Assembly: GCA_036012905.1 (NCBI GenBank)
Contig: DASCQF010000126.1
Coordinates: forward strand, 13,165-77,164
Origin: Vicinamibacterales bacterium
Lineage (GTDB): Bacteria; Acidobacteriota; Vicinamibacteria; Vicinamibacterales; UBA8438
Direction: 5' to 3'
Length of the DNA stretch: 64,000 bases
In this document: positions 10,711 to 19,552 of the stretch, piece after piece
Numbering within the stretch: the first letter of the stretch is position 1
Layout of the letters: every line of letters starts with the position of its first letter
Program-made: the position numbers and the translations under genes
Notes under the pieces: generated by a model
Database searches by the model: none
What the model was told of the DNA's origin: nothing
Seen by the model: only the letters and a program-made list of their open reading frames with translations

Positions 10711-10747
10711 AGGAGTCAGAAGGCAGAAGGCAGGAGGAAGAGGGTGG
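10711..10747 (-). repeat. Heptamer-periodic intergenic array (CTGMCTY units, read on the minus strand)
   Basis: The plus strand reads AGGAGTCAGAAGGCAGAAGGCAGGAGGAAGAGGGTGG. It lies between the tolC-family stop and the GT2 start. Confidence 0.75.
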
Positions 10748-10759
10748 TACACTCTCGCC

Positions 10760-11509
10760 GTGCCGGAGCTGTCGGTCGTCGTGATCACGCTGAACGAAGC
10801 GGCGAACATCGACGACGCGCTCGCGTCGGTCGCGTGGGCTGACGAAATCGTGGTCGTCGACTGTGGCAGCACCGACGACACCGTCGAGCGGGCGAGGCGC
10901 CACACCGACCGCGTGAGCCATCGGGACTGGACGGGCTACGGCGCCCAAAAGGACCACGCGACGGAACTGGCCACGCACGATTGGGTGCTCTCGCTCGACG
11001 CCGACGAACGGATCTCTTCGGAGCTCGCCGCCGAGATCCGCAGCGTGCTCGCACAGGACCCACCCAGTCGCGGGTACCGTATTCCGCGCAGCACCTGGTA
11101 TCTGAACCAATGGATCCGGACGACCGACTGGTACCCAGACCCTCAACTGCGTCTGTACGACCGCCGGGTCGCCGGCTGGAGCTCGAGCCCCGTGCACGAG
11201 TCGGTACGGGTGGACGGCCCTGTCGGTCGGCTCCGCCACGACATCCGTCATTACGCGTTTCGCGACCTCTCGAGCCACGTGGAGACAATCGACCGCTACA
11301 CGACGCTGGCGGCGAAACAGATGCTTGACGCCGGACGGCGGGCCGGACCGCTCGACGTCCTGGTGCACCCGCCAGTAGCGTTCGTCCGGAACTACCTGCT
11401 CCGGCGCGGCTGCGTGCAGGGCATCCCGGGTTTCGTCGTCTCGGTGATGAACGCCTACTACGTGTTCCTCAAATACGCGAAACTATGGGAGCTGCGACAG
11501 CGTGATTGA
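10760..11509 (+). CDS. glycosyltransferase family 2 protein
   Basis: LSVVVITLNEAANIDDALASVAWADEIVVVDCGSTDDT is a typical GT2 N-terminal nucleotide-sugar binding fold, followed by a DADE motif. Confidence 0.8.
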   Translation: MPELSVVVITLNEAANIDDALASVAWADEIVVVDCGSTDDTVERARRHTDRVSHRDWTGYGAQKDHATELATHDWVLSLDADERISSELAAEIRSVLAQDPPSRGYRIPRSTWYLNQWIRTTDWYPDPQLRLYDRRVAGWSSSPVHESVRVDGPVGRLRHDIRHYAFRDLSSHVETIDRYTTLAAKQMLDAGRRAGPLDVLVHPPVAFVRNYLLRRGCVQGIPGFVVSVMNAYYVFLKYAKLWELRQRD

Positions 11510-11545
11510 CCCGCGCGGGTCAATCATCGTTCTGAAGCGGAAGCC

Positions 11546-11603
11546 GGCGAAGCCATCCAGCTTCCTTCTGCCTTCTGACTTCTGACTTCTGCCTTCTACG
11601 CTC
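11546..11603 (+). repeat. Hairpin-head plus heptamer array element (GGCGAAGCC..GCTTC then CTGCCTT CTGACTT CTGACTT CTGCCTT CTACGCT)
   Basis: Read directly from the sequence, between the GT2 stop and the GT4 start. Confidence 0.8.
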
Positions 11604-11616
11604 CAAAGCTCCCGCC

Positions 11617-12747
11617 ATGTTCTCCCTGCACGTCGACACCGCGCGGACCTGGCGCGGCGGCCAGAACCAGGTCCTGCTGACCGTCCTCGGGCTCCGCGCC
11701 CAGGGTCACCGAACGGCGCTGGTGGCGCATCCCGGCGGCGAGCTGCGCCGACGCGCGGCCGAGGGCCTGGACCTGATCCCGATCGCGTCGTCAGGCGAAA
11801 TGGACTTGCGGGCGGCCTGGCAGCTGTCGCGGGTGCTGCGGTCGCTCGGCCCGACGGTGGTGCAGGCGCACGATGCGCACGCCGTTGCGATGGTGGCGCT
11901 CGCCCGTTCGCTCGGCCGGCTCGACCCGTTGCCACGCTTCGTGGTATCGCGGCGCGTCGATTTTCACATTCGCCGCAATGCGTTCTCCCGGTGGAAATAC
12001 GGGCAGGTCGACATGTTCCTGTGCGCGTCGGATGCGATTCGGACGATGCTCGTCGCCGACGGCGTGCCGGCGGAACGGACAACGACGGTGCATGACGGCA
12101 TCGACCTCGACCATGTCGCGGCGGCGCCGCGACTCGACGTCCAGGCCGAGCTTTGGCTGCCGAGCGGCGCTCCGATCGTCGGCAACGTGGCGGCCCTGGT
12201 GCCGCACAAAGGCCACCGGTATCTGATCAAAGCGGCGGCCGAAGTGGTGCGTCAGGTCCCCGATGCCCGCTTCGTGATCGTCGGCGAGGGCGAGCTCGAG
12301 TCGGCGCTGCGCAAGCAGATCAAAGACCTGCACCTCGCGCGCCATGTCCTGCTCGCCGGGTTTCGCCCGGACGCGCTCTCGCTCCAGAAGGGGTTCGACC
12401 TCTTCGCGATGAGCTCTGTGACAGAGGGGATGGGCTCGGTCCTGCTCGACGCGATGGCGATCGGGCAGGCGATCGTCGCCACCCGGGCAGGCGGTATCCC
12501 CGAGGTGGTCATCCACGACCAAACAGGCGTGCTGGTGCCCACCCGCGATGCCCAGGCGCTCGCCGCTTCGATCGTGACTCTCCTCGGCGACCCGGCCCGG
12601 CGGGCCGAGCTCGGCGCGGCCGCTCGCGAGCGGGTGCAAGCGTCGTTCAGCGTCGAACGAATGGTCCAGGCGACGCTCGACGCCTACGCCCGGTTGGTCG
12701 ACACACCCCTCGCAACGGGCACCGATCGTCCCGCTGTGGTCGGTTGA
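11617..12747 (+). CDS. glycosyltransferase family 4 (GT-B, RfaG-like)
   Basis: C-terminal half FAMSSVTEGMGSVLLDAMAIGQAIVATRAGGIPEVV is the EX7E-type GT4 motif region. Confidence 0.8.
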   Translation: MFSLHVDTARTWRGGQNQVLLTVLGLRAQGHRTALVAHPGGELRRRAAEGLDLIPIASSGEMDLRAAWQLSRVLRSLGPTVVQAHDAHAVAMVALARSLGRLDPLPRFVVSRRVDFHIRRNAFSRWKYGQVDMFLCASDAIRTMLVADGVPAERTTTVHDGIDLDHVAAAPRLDVQAELWLPSGAPIVGNVAALVPHKGHRYLIKAAAEVVRQVPDARFVIVGEGELESALRKQIKDLHLARHVLLAGFRPDALSLQKGFDLFAMSSVTEGMGSVLLDAMAIGQAIVATRAGGIPEVVIHDQTGVLVPTRDAQALAASIVTLLGDPARRAELGAAARERVQASFSVERMVQATLDAYARLVDTPLATGTDRPAVVG

Positions 12748-13564
12748 ACCCACACGCGTCCATCATCCCCAGATGACACATCGCGAAGTCGTAGCGCACC
12801 GGGTCCTCTGGGTCCAGACGCCGTAACGACTCGGTAATTTCGCTCGCCATTCCCCAACCCGGACTCCGATACCCCGTCAGACCGAGACAACGCCCCACCC
12901 GAATTACGTGCGTGTCGAGCGGAACGACCAGCTTGGACGGGCTCAACCCCGACCAGACACCGAGGTCGACCGCGTCCCGTCGCACCATCCATCGGAGAAA
13001 CAGGTTGAGACGTTTGCACGCGCTGCCTGCGTCGGGCCGGGGAAAGAAGTAGGTCACCCCGCGCCGGCCGTCGTGGCTGCCATACACCTCCTCGAGGTCG
13101 ATCGCACGTGCCCGGGCCGCGAACCCTGTCAGGGCCGGCCCTACGTCCGGGTCGGACGCCACGTGGCCGTCGAGAAAGAACCGCTCGATCGACCCCGACT
13201 CGGCGATCATCCGACGCAAGATCCAGAGAAGCGCGATCAGATCCACGCCCCGAATCCAACGGTGCCCGAGCGGGCGCAGGCGACCGCCGTCTCGCGCGGG
13301 GTCGAAGTCTCTGACGAAAGCGGCCGGTCGGTCTCCCAGCACAGCGAGCAGCGAGCCGACCGCGGTCAGTACGCTCGCGACCCGACCAAACGCCAGTCCC
13401 GCCGCGCAGAACGCCACCACTTCCCGGTCGGCAGGGGTGGTGTAGCGACGAACGACCTGCACCGGGTCGACCGCCGATTCGGTGTGGTTGAACGTGTCGT
13501 ACAACCGGTCCAGTGGCGCCTTGAGACGGAGCAGCGTGGATGACGACGGCCGACGTCTAGCCAT
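12647..13564 (-). CDS. TIGR02757/DUF2400 family protein
   Basis: LFLRWMVRRDAVDLGVWSGLSPSKLVVPLDTHVIRVGRCLGL and a C-terminal Cys cluster match my recollection of this family. Recognition is from memory only. Confidence 0.6.
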   Translation of the reverse strand: MARRRPSSSTLLRLKAPLDRLYDTFNHTESAVDPVQVVRRYTTPADREVVAFCAAGLAFGRVASVLTAVGSLLAVLGDRPAAFVRDFDPARDGGRLRPLGHRWIRGVDLIALLWILRRMIAESGSIERFFLDGHVASDPDVGPALTGFAARARAIDLEEVYGSHDGRRGVTYFFPRPDAGSACKRLNLFLRWMVRRDAVDLGVWSGLSPSKLVVPLDTHVIRVGRCLGLTGYRSPGWGMASEITESLRRLDPEDPVRYDFAMCHLGMMDACGFNRPQRDDRCPLRGVCRPTGRRRRASPGPFVRR

Positions 13565-13585
13565 GTGCCGAGTGCCGTGACCGGC

Positions 13586-14917
13586 TCATGCGGGCTGCTC
13601 GAATGCGCTCGCCCCGGCCACTGCTTCATTCACGTAGACGGTGCGTCCACCAATCATCGTGGCGGCCACACCGCCGCGCAGACGCCATCCGTCGAACGGG
13701 GTGTTCCGCGCAAGAGACCGAAACGCCGCCGCCTCGACCGTCACCGCGAGCTCTGGCGCCAGGACCGTGACGTCGGCCAGCGCACCGGCGGCCAGGTCGC
13801 CTCCCGGCACGCCGAGGATTCGCGCCGGGTTCACCGCCAGCAGCTCGACCAATCGGCTCAGCGAGACCTGCCCGGCGTGCACCAGCCGATCGAGACAAAT
13901 CGACACAGCCGTTTCGAGGCCGACGATGCCGAACGGCGCGCGGTCGAACTCCACAAGCTTCTCGTCGTAGTGATGCGGCGCGTGGTCGGTCGCGATGCAA
14001 TCGATGGTGCCGTCTCGCAACCCGTCCAGCAACGCCTCGACATCGGCCGTCTCTCGCAGCGGTGGGTTCATCTTGAAATTCGTATCGTAGCCGGCGAGCC
14101 GCTCGTCTGTCAGCGTGAAGTGGTGCGGTGTCACCTCGCAGCTCACCCGGATACCCCGTTCCTTCCCGGACCGGACCGCGCGCAACGCGCCCCGCGCGCT
14201 CATGTGCGCGATGTGTACCGGCGACCCGGTGAGGCCGCTCAACGTCACATCGCGCGCCACGACGATCTCCTCGGCCGCCGCCGGCACTCCGCGCAACCCC
14301 AGGACCGCAGCCTGATGTCCTTCATGGGCGACACCGTCCCCCATGAGCGAGGCATCCTCGCAGTGGTCGATGACCGGCATGTCGAACATCGCCGCGTACT
14401 CGAGCGCACGCCGCATGACCGACGCGCTGGCCACAGGACGCCCGTCATCGGACACCGCGACGCAGCCGGCAGCACGCAGCTCGCCGATCTCGGCGAGCTG
14501 CTCACCCGCTTGGCCCTTGGTCACCGCCCCGACCGGATAGACTCGCGCAAGCCCGGCTTCGGCCGCCTTGCCGAGAATCAGCCTGGTGATACCGGCGTCG
14601 TCGTTGACCGGGTCGGTGTTCGGCATACAGGCGACGGCCGTGAACCCGCCGGCCACCGCAGCGGCCACGCCCGTCGCCACCGTCTCCTTGTGCTCGTGCC
14701 CCGGCTCACGCAGATGGACGTGCATATCGATGAACCCGGGGCACACAACGCAGCCCGGTGGCACGTCGATGACGACGATGCCTGGCTCGATCGCAAGGTC
14801 CGGTCCGACCCGGGTCACACGACCCTGGTCGATCAGCACGTCCGCCGACCCATCGACACCGTTGACCGGGTCGACGACGCGCCCGCCCTTGAGCATCGTC
14901 CTGACGCTTTTCGTCAC
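13586..14917 (-). CDS. pyrC: dihydroorotase (multifunctional-complex type)
   Basis: PGFIDMHVHLREPGHEHKET metal-binding HxH motif, and a DHAPH motif later (IATDHAPHH). Confidence 0.9.
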   Translation of the reverse strand: MTKSVRTMLKGGRVVDPVNGVDGSADVLIDQGRVTRVGPDLAIEPGIVVIDVPPGCVVCPGFIDMHVHLREPGHEHKETVATGVAAAVAGGFTAVACMPNTDPVNDDAGITRLILGKAAEAGLARVYPVGAVTKGQAGEQLAEIGELRAAGCVAVSDDGRPVASASVMRRALEYAAMFDMPVIDHCEDASLMGDGVAHEGHQAAVLGLRGVPAAAEEIVVARDVTLSGLTGSPVHIAHMSARGALRAVRSGKERGIRVSCEVTPHHFTLTDERLAGYDTNFKMNPPLRETADVEALLDGLRDGTIDCIATDHAPHHYDEKLVEFDRAPFGIVGLETAVSICLDRLVHAGQVSLSRLVELLAVNPARILGVPGGDLAAGALADVTVLAPELAVTVEAAAFRSLARNTPFDGWRLRGGVAATMIGGRTVYVNEAVAGASAFEQPA

Positions 14918-14943
14918 CTGAGCTCCAGCTCGATCCGCAACTG

Positions 14944-15966
14944 CTAGTCCTCCTGGGCGCCGGCCAGCAGATACAGCACCGCCATGCGTACGGCGACACC
15001 GTTTGCCACCTGCTCGAGGATGACCGAATAGGGTCCGTCGGCGACCTCCGACGCAATTTCGACTCCCCGGTTCATCGGACCGGGATGCATGATGATGACG
15101 TCCGGCTTCGCGCCCCGCAGACGCTCGGCCGTCATCCCGAAGATCTGAAAGTACTCGCGCAGCGACGGGAAGAAGTAGCCACGCATCCGCTCCAGCTGAA
15201 TCCGGAGCAACATGATCACGTCGGCGTCCTCGACCGCCTCATCGACCGAGGTGGTCGCGCGCACACCCAGTCGAGCCATGTCGGACAGCATCAAGGTCGC
15301 CGGCCCGCAGGCGCAGACCTCCGCCCCAAGCGCGCGTAGCAGCAGCACGTTCGACCGCAGCACGCGGCTGTGGAGCAGGTCACCGATGATAGAGACCTTC
15401 AGCCCGCCGAACCGGCCCTTGCGTTCTCGAATGGTCAGCGCGTCCAGCAGCGCCTGGGTCGGATGCTCGTGCATGCCGTCGCCCGCGTTGATGACCCGGG
15501 CGCGACAGAGACGTGCCGCCAGATGACCGGCCCCCGCCGAGGCATGGCGCACCACCACCATGTCTGGAGCCATCGCCTCGAGATTGAGTACCGTGTCTGC
15601 CAGGCTCTCACCCTTCGCCACACTCGAACCGGCGGCAGACACGTTCAGGGTGTCGGCGCTCAACCGCTTCTCGGCGATCTCGAAGGAAGTGCGGGTCCGG
15701 GTGCTGGCCTCGAAGAACAGATTCACCACGGTCTTGCCCCGCAGCGTCGGCACCTTCTTGATCGTTCTGGTGCCGACCTCCTTCATCGCTTCGGCCGTAT
15801 CGAGGATGAGCAGTATCTCGTCGGGTGACAGATCGTCGATGCTCAGCAGGTCTTTCGCACGCAGCCCGGCCGGAGTCTCGAGCGCCGGGGAGGCACCCCG
15901 CAATCCCCCACCCGCGGAAAGGGGAACATCGGCGTCGTGACGCGCGCCGTCAGTGGTCGGAAGCAT
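14944..15966 (-). CDS. pyrB: aspartate carbamoyltransferase catalytic subunit
   Basis: [19 protein letters not shown] (STRTR motif), HPTQALLD, and HPGPMNRG. The ~35-aa N-terminal extension suggests the start may be later. Confidence 0.9.
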   Translation of the reverse strand: MLPTTDGARHDADVPLSAGGGLRGASPALETPAGLRAKDLLSIDDLSPDEILLILDTAEAMKEVGTRTIKKVPTLRGKTVVNLFFEASTRTRTSFEIAEKRLSADTLNVSAAGSSVAKGESLADTVLNLEAMAPDMVVVRHASAGAGHLAARLCRARVINAGDGMHEHPTQALLDALTIRERKGRFGGLKVSIIGDLLHSRVLRSNVLLLRALGAEVCACGPATLMLSDMARLGVRATTSVDEAVEDADVIMLLRIQLERMRGYFFPSLREYFQIFGMTAERLRGAKPDVIIMHPGPMNRGVEIASEVADGPYSVILEQVANGVAVRMAVLYLLAGAQED

Positions 15967-16492
15967 CTTCTATCACCACCTCATCCGTCCCCTCGACCTC
16001 GTCCAGCCGTACCTGGACACTCTGGCGAAGCGAGGTCGGCAGGTTCTTGCCGACGTAATCAGCCTTGATCGGCAACTCGCGGTGTCCCCGGTCCACGAGG
16101 ACGACAAGCTCGATCGAGCGGGGTCGACCGAAGTCGATGAGCGCATCGAGCGCCGCGCGAATTGTGCGACCGGTATACAACACGTCGTCGACCAGCAAGA
16201 TCCGACGGTCGTCGATCGAAAAATCGATCTCGGTCTTGCGGAGCAGCGGTTGCGGCCCCACCGCCTGACGCATGAGATCGTCCCGATACAGCGTGATATC
16301 CAGCACGCCGGTCGGCACGGACACGCCCGTAATGTCGAGCAGAACGTCCGAGAGACGCCGTGCGATCGGCACGCCGCGCGTCCGGATACCGACCAAGGCC
16401 AGATCGTCCGGCGTGCTATTGCGCTCGACGATCTCGTGTGCAATCCGCGTAATGGTCCGCGCGACCTGATCCGCGGCCATTACGACAGGCAC
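15950..16492 (-). CDS. pyrR: bifunctional pyrimidine operon regulator / uracil phosphoribosyltransferase PyrR
   Basis: [27 protein letters not shown], and [21 protein letters not shown] are collinear with B. subtilis PyrR. The start is either GTG at 16492 or ATG at 16480. Confidence 0.9.
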   Translation of the reverse strand: MPVVMAADQVARTITRIAHEIVERNSTPDDLALVGIRTRGVPIARRLSDVLLDITGVSVPTGVLDITLYRDDLMRQAVGPQPLLRKTEIDFSIDDRRILLVDDVLYTGRTIRAALDALIDFGRPRSIELVVLVDRGHRELPIKADYVGKNLPTSLRQSVQVRLDEVEGTDEVVIEDASDH

Positions 16493-16609
16493 GGCAACTC
16501 CACAGAGATCGCCGTCGGCCAGCGAGTCATCACGGTCGGAACTCCGCGACGAGACAGACTGCAGCAGGGTGAAATGGGTGAAAGGTGTCTGGATTGGCGC
16601 ACGGTCAGA

Positions 16610-16677
16610 CCTCTTTGCGGCCTCTCTGGGCCGACATTAAAGAGACGGGTTGATCATAGTGCACGGTCCATCTCTTT
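16610..16677 (-). promoter_or_regulatory. PyrR-binding RNA leader (attenuator-like) upstream of pyrR
   Basis: The minus-strand RNA reads ...AAAGAGAUGG..CCCGUCUCUUUAAUGUCGGCCCAGAGAGGCCGCAAAGAGGUC. The core CCCAGAGAGGCCGCAAAGAGG is close to the PyrR binding-loop consensus (UCCAGAGAGGCU.GCAAGG). UCUCUUU can pair with either flanking AAAGAGR segment. Confidence 0.7.
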
Positions 16678-16728
16678 GCCAAGCCGTCTGCCCGGCCCCA
16701 CGATGGCCTTCAGGTATACTCGCCGGGT

Positions 16729-17550
16729 ATGCCGGTCGACGTGGACGCCGTCGTCGTGTCCAATTCCCAACTGACGAACGACTACAACGTGCTGTCGCTG
16801 ACCGCCCCCGCGCTCGCGTCTCAGGCGCAACCTGGACAGTTCGTGATGGTCAAGGCGGGCACTGGCGACAATCCGCTCCTCCGCCGACCATTCTCGGTGT
16901 TCGAGGTGCAGCGGGACGACGCACGGCACGTCACCGGGTTTTCGCTGCTGAACAAACGGATCGGCGTGACCACGCGGATACTGTTCGCGCTGAAACCGGG
17001 TGACCGGGTCCGGTGTCTTGGTCCGCTGGGTCGGCCGTTCTCCGTAGCGGAGCCACCCGAACGAGCCTGGATGGTTGCCGGAGGCGTCGGGCTGGCGCCG
17101 TTTGCAACGCTCGCCGCGGCCCTCAGGCAACGGGACGTTGAGACCACCCTGTTCTACGGCGGCCAGCGCGCGAGCGACTTGTTTCATCTCGACGAGTTTC
17201 GCCAGCTGGGCGTCAGCCTGGAGCTGTCCACCGACGATGGCAGTCGTGGGCACCATGGCAATGTCACCGTCCCACTCGCGCACGCCCTCGAGGCAACGAA
17301 CCGGGCCGAGCCGGTCCGCGTCTATGCCTGTGGCCCGACTCCGATGATGCGTGCCGTGACGGAGCTGACGGCGTCTCACGGACGCGCGACCGAAGTATCG
17401 CTGGAGCAGGTGATGGGCTGCGGTCTCGGCGGTTGCTACAGCTGTGTAGTACCGATACGACGCGACCGCGGTCCCGCTCACTTCGTGCGTTCGTGTGTCG
17501 ACGGGCCGGTTTTCGATGGGCGCACCGTGGTCTGGGAGCAATTGGGATGA
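16729..17550 (+). CDS. pyrK: dihydroorotate dehydrogenase electron transfer subunit PyrK
   Basis: FAD/NAD ferredoxin-reductase-like fold (RRPFSV, GGVGLAP) and a C-terminal 2Fe-2S motif MGCGLGGCYSCVV. Confidence 0.9.
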   Translation: MPVDVDAVVVSNSQLTNDYNVLSLTAPALASQAQPGQFVMVKAGTGDNPLLRRPFSVFEVQRDDARHVTGFSLLNKRIGVTTRILFALKPGDRVRCLGPLGRPFSVAEPPERAWMVAGGVGLAPFATLAAALRQRDVETTLFYGGQRASDLFHLDEFRQLGVSLELSTDDGSRGHHGNVTVPLAHALEATNRAEPVRVYACGPTPMMRAVTELTASHGRATEVSLEQVMGCGLGGCYSCVVPIRRDRGPAHFVRSCVDGPVFDGRTVVWEQLG

Positions 17551-18476
17551 GCGTCGACCTGTCGGTCGACATCGGCGGTTTGCGGCTGACCAATCCGGTC
17601 ATCGCTGCAAGCGGGTGTTTTGGCTACGGCGTGGAATACGCCGACCTGGTGGATCTGTCTACACTCGGCGGCATCGCCGTCAAGGGCCTGTTTCTCGACG
17701 AGCGGGAAGGTCACCCTCCGCCCCGGATCGTGGAAACGCCGAGTGGGATGCTCAACGCGGTCGGGTTGCAGGGCATCGGCGTGCGGCGATTCGTGGCCGA
17801 GAAGCTACCGGTGCTCCGTGCGCACGGCGCTGTCGTTATCGTCAACATCTGTGGCTCGACGGTCGACGAATACGTAGAGGTCGCGCGGATCCTCGACGAC
17901 GCAGACGGCGTCGACGCGCTGGAGCTGAACATTTCCTGCCCGAACATCAAGAAGGGCGGAATGATGTTTGGCTGCTCACTGCAGGGCACGCACGACGTCG
18001 TCGCCGCGGTGCGCCGGGTAACCCGGCGTCCCGTCGTCCCGAAGCTCACACCAAACGTGACCGACGTCGCTTCGTTCGCCACCGCGGCACAGGACGCCGG
18101 GGCGGACGCCGTCTCGCTCGTCAACACGTTCCTGGCCATGGCGATCGATGTCGAGACACGCCGCCCCAAGCTGTCGAACGTCATGGGTGGACTGAGCGGC
18201 CCGGCCATTCGACCGATCGCGGTCCGCATGGTCCATGAGTGCCGGCAGGCGGTGGATGTGCCCATCATCGGCATGGGCGGCATCATGACTGCCGAGGATG
18301 CACTGGAGTTCATCATCGCCGGCGCCACCGCCGTGCAGGTAGGAACGGCGAATTTCGTGGATCCGCTTGTCTGGGACAAGCTACTGACTGGCATCACCGA
18401 CTATATGCAGCGCCACGGTCTCACCAAGGTATCCGACCTCGTCGGCAGCTTCATCACACCAGGGGACGCGGTGTGA
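17547..18476 (+). CDS. pyrD: dihydroorotate dehydrogenase 1B catalytic subunit
   Basis: [34 protein letters not shown], and [12 protein letters not shown] motifs. The ATG at 17547 overlaps the pyrK stop (ATGA). Confidence 0.9.
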   Translation: MSVDLSVDIGGLRLTNPVIAASGCFGYGVEYADLVDLSTLGGIAVKGLFLDEREGHPPPRIVETPSGMLNAVGLQGIGVRRFVAEKLPVLRAHGAVVIVNICGSTVDEYVEVARILDDADGVDALELNISCPNIKKGGMMFGCSLQGTHDVVAAVRRVTRRPVVPKLTPNVTDVASFATAAQDAGADAVSLVNTFLAMAIDVETRRPKLSNVMGGLSGPAIRPIAVRMVHECRQAVDVPIIGMGGIMTAEDALEFIIAGATAVQVGTANFVDPLVWDKLLTGITDYMQRHGLTKVSDLVGSFITPGDAV

Positions 18477-19171
18477 ATCAGCTCCTCGTGGCACTCGATG
18501 TCGACACCAGTGAGCGGGCGATCGAGCTGGCCGACCTGCTGCGCGGCACCGCGGGTGGTTTCAAGATCGGAAGCCGGCTCTTTACGAGCGAAGGGCCGTC
18601 GATCGTCTCGGCGCTCGCAGACCGCGGCGACCGGGTGTTCCTGGACCTCAAGTATCACGACATTCCGACAGTCGTGGCAGAGGCGGTGCGGGCGGCGGCC
18701 CGTCTCGGGACCTGGATGCTCACTGTCCATTCCGCCGGTGGACCAACCATGCTGGAGGCCGCGGCCGACGCGGCGCGTCAGGCCAGCCGGCCGCCGCTCG
18801 TGGTCGGAGTAACGGTGTTGACCAGTCTCGGCGACGCGGAGCTCGCGCGCATCGGCGTGAGCCGCGCGCTGGCCGACCAGGTGGAAGCACTGGCCGACCT
18901 GGCAACCGGCGCCGGTCTCGATGGTATCGTGGCCTCACCTCGCGAGGTCGGGCGGCTGCGCGCCCGCCTGGGCTCGGGGCCGATACTCGTGACGCCCGGC
19001 ATCCGTAACGGCGCTGGTACCGGCCAGAGCGGCAGCGACGACCAGGTGCGGACGCTCAGCGCGGCTGAAGCCCTCTCGGCCGGCTCCAGCTATCTCGTGG
19101 TCGGACGCCCCATCATCGCGTCCCCGGACCCTCTGACGGCGGCCCGGGCGATCGCCGAGCAGCTCAAATGA
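18473..19171 (+). CDS. pyrF: orotidine 5'-phosphate decarboxylase
   Basis: [22 protein letters not shown], and YLVVGRPI motifs. The GTG at 18473 overlaps the pyrD stop (GTGA). The longer ORF from 18239 is out-of-context Arg/His junk overlapping pyrD. Confidence 0.88.
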   Translation: MNQLLVALDVDTSERAIELADLLRGTAGGFKIGSRLFTSEGPSIVSALADRGDRVFLDLKYHDIPTVVAEAVRAAARLGTWMLTVHSAGGPTMLEAAADAARQASRPPLVVGVTVLTSLGDAELARIGVSRALADQVEALADLATGAGLDGIVASPREVGRLRARLGSGPILVTPGIRNGAGTGQSGSDDQVRTLSAAEALSAGSSYLVVGRPIIASPDPLTAARAIAEQLK

Positions 19172-19176
19172 AGGCT

Positions 19177-19234
19177 GGCGTAGGCCTCCGGCTTCCTTCT
19201 GCCTCCTGCCTCCTGACTTCTGCCTTCTAACTCC
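19177..19234 (+). repeat. Hairpin-head plus heptamer array element (GGCGTAGGCCTCCGGCTTCC then CTGCCTC CTGCCTC CTGACTT CTGCCTT CTAACTC)
   Basis: Read directly from the sequence, between the pyrF stop and the glutaredoxin-like gene start. Confidence 0.8.
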
Positions 19235-19245
19235 TTGAGCGCCAC

Positions 19246-19491
19246 ATGCATCTAACCCTCTACACCCGTCCCGGGTGCCATCTCTGCGACGACCTGAAGA
19301 CAACGTTGCTCCGGATCCGGCCCCAGCAGGCGTTCGAGCTGTCCGAGGTCGACATCTCGCGCGAGCCGGCGCTCAAGCGGCGGTATGGCCGCGCCATCCC
19401 GGTGCTGCTCATCGACGGCGTCGAGGCCGCACGGCACCGGATCGCAGAAACCGATCTCAGGCGAAGATTGGAGCAGAAACAATCAGGCTGA
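19246..19491 (+). CDS. glutaredoxin-like small protein (DUF836-type)
   Basis: 81 aa. MHLTLYTRPGCHLCDD has the CxxC motif in a thioredoxin-fold context. Confidence 0.75.
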   Translation: MHLTLYTRPGCHLCDDLKTTLLRIRPQQAFELSEVDISREPALKRRYGRAIPVLLIDGVEAARHRIAETDLRRRLEQKQSG

Positions 19492-19494
19492 GCA

Positions 19495-19523
19495 GCGTGT
19501 GCGGGGGGCACCCCCGCACACGC
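19495..19523. terminator. GC-rich 13-bp perfect hairpin between convergent genes (putative bidirectional terminator, no U-tract)
   Basis: GCGTGTGCGGGGG-GCA-CCCCCGCACACGC lies immediately after the glutaredoxin-like stop. A second 7-bp hairpin (CCGGTCG-GG-CGACCGG) at 19536-19551 abuts the pal stop. Confidence 0.5.
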
Positions 19524-19552
19524 GCTCCAACGATGCCGGTCGGGCGACCGGT

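Noticed and set aside
9614-11368. 584-aa minus-strand ORF opposite the tolC-family and GT2 genes
   Set aside because: It is a shadow ORF. It crosses an intergenic repeat, has Arg/Pro/Val/Asp-biased composition, and overlaps two well-supported plus-strand genes.
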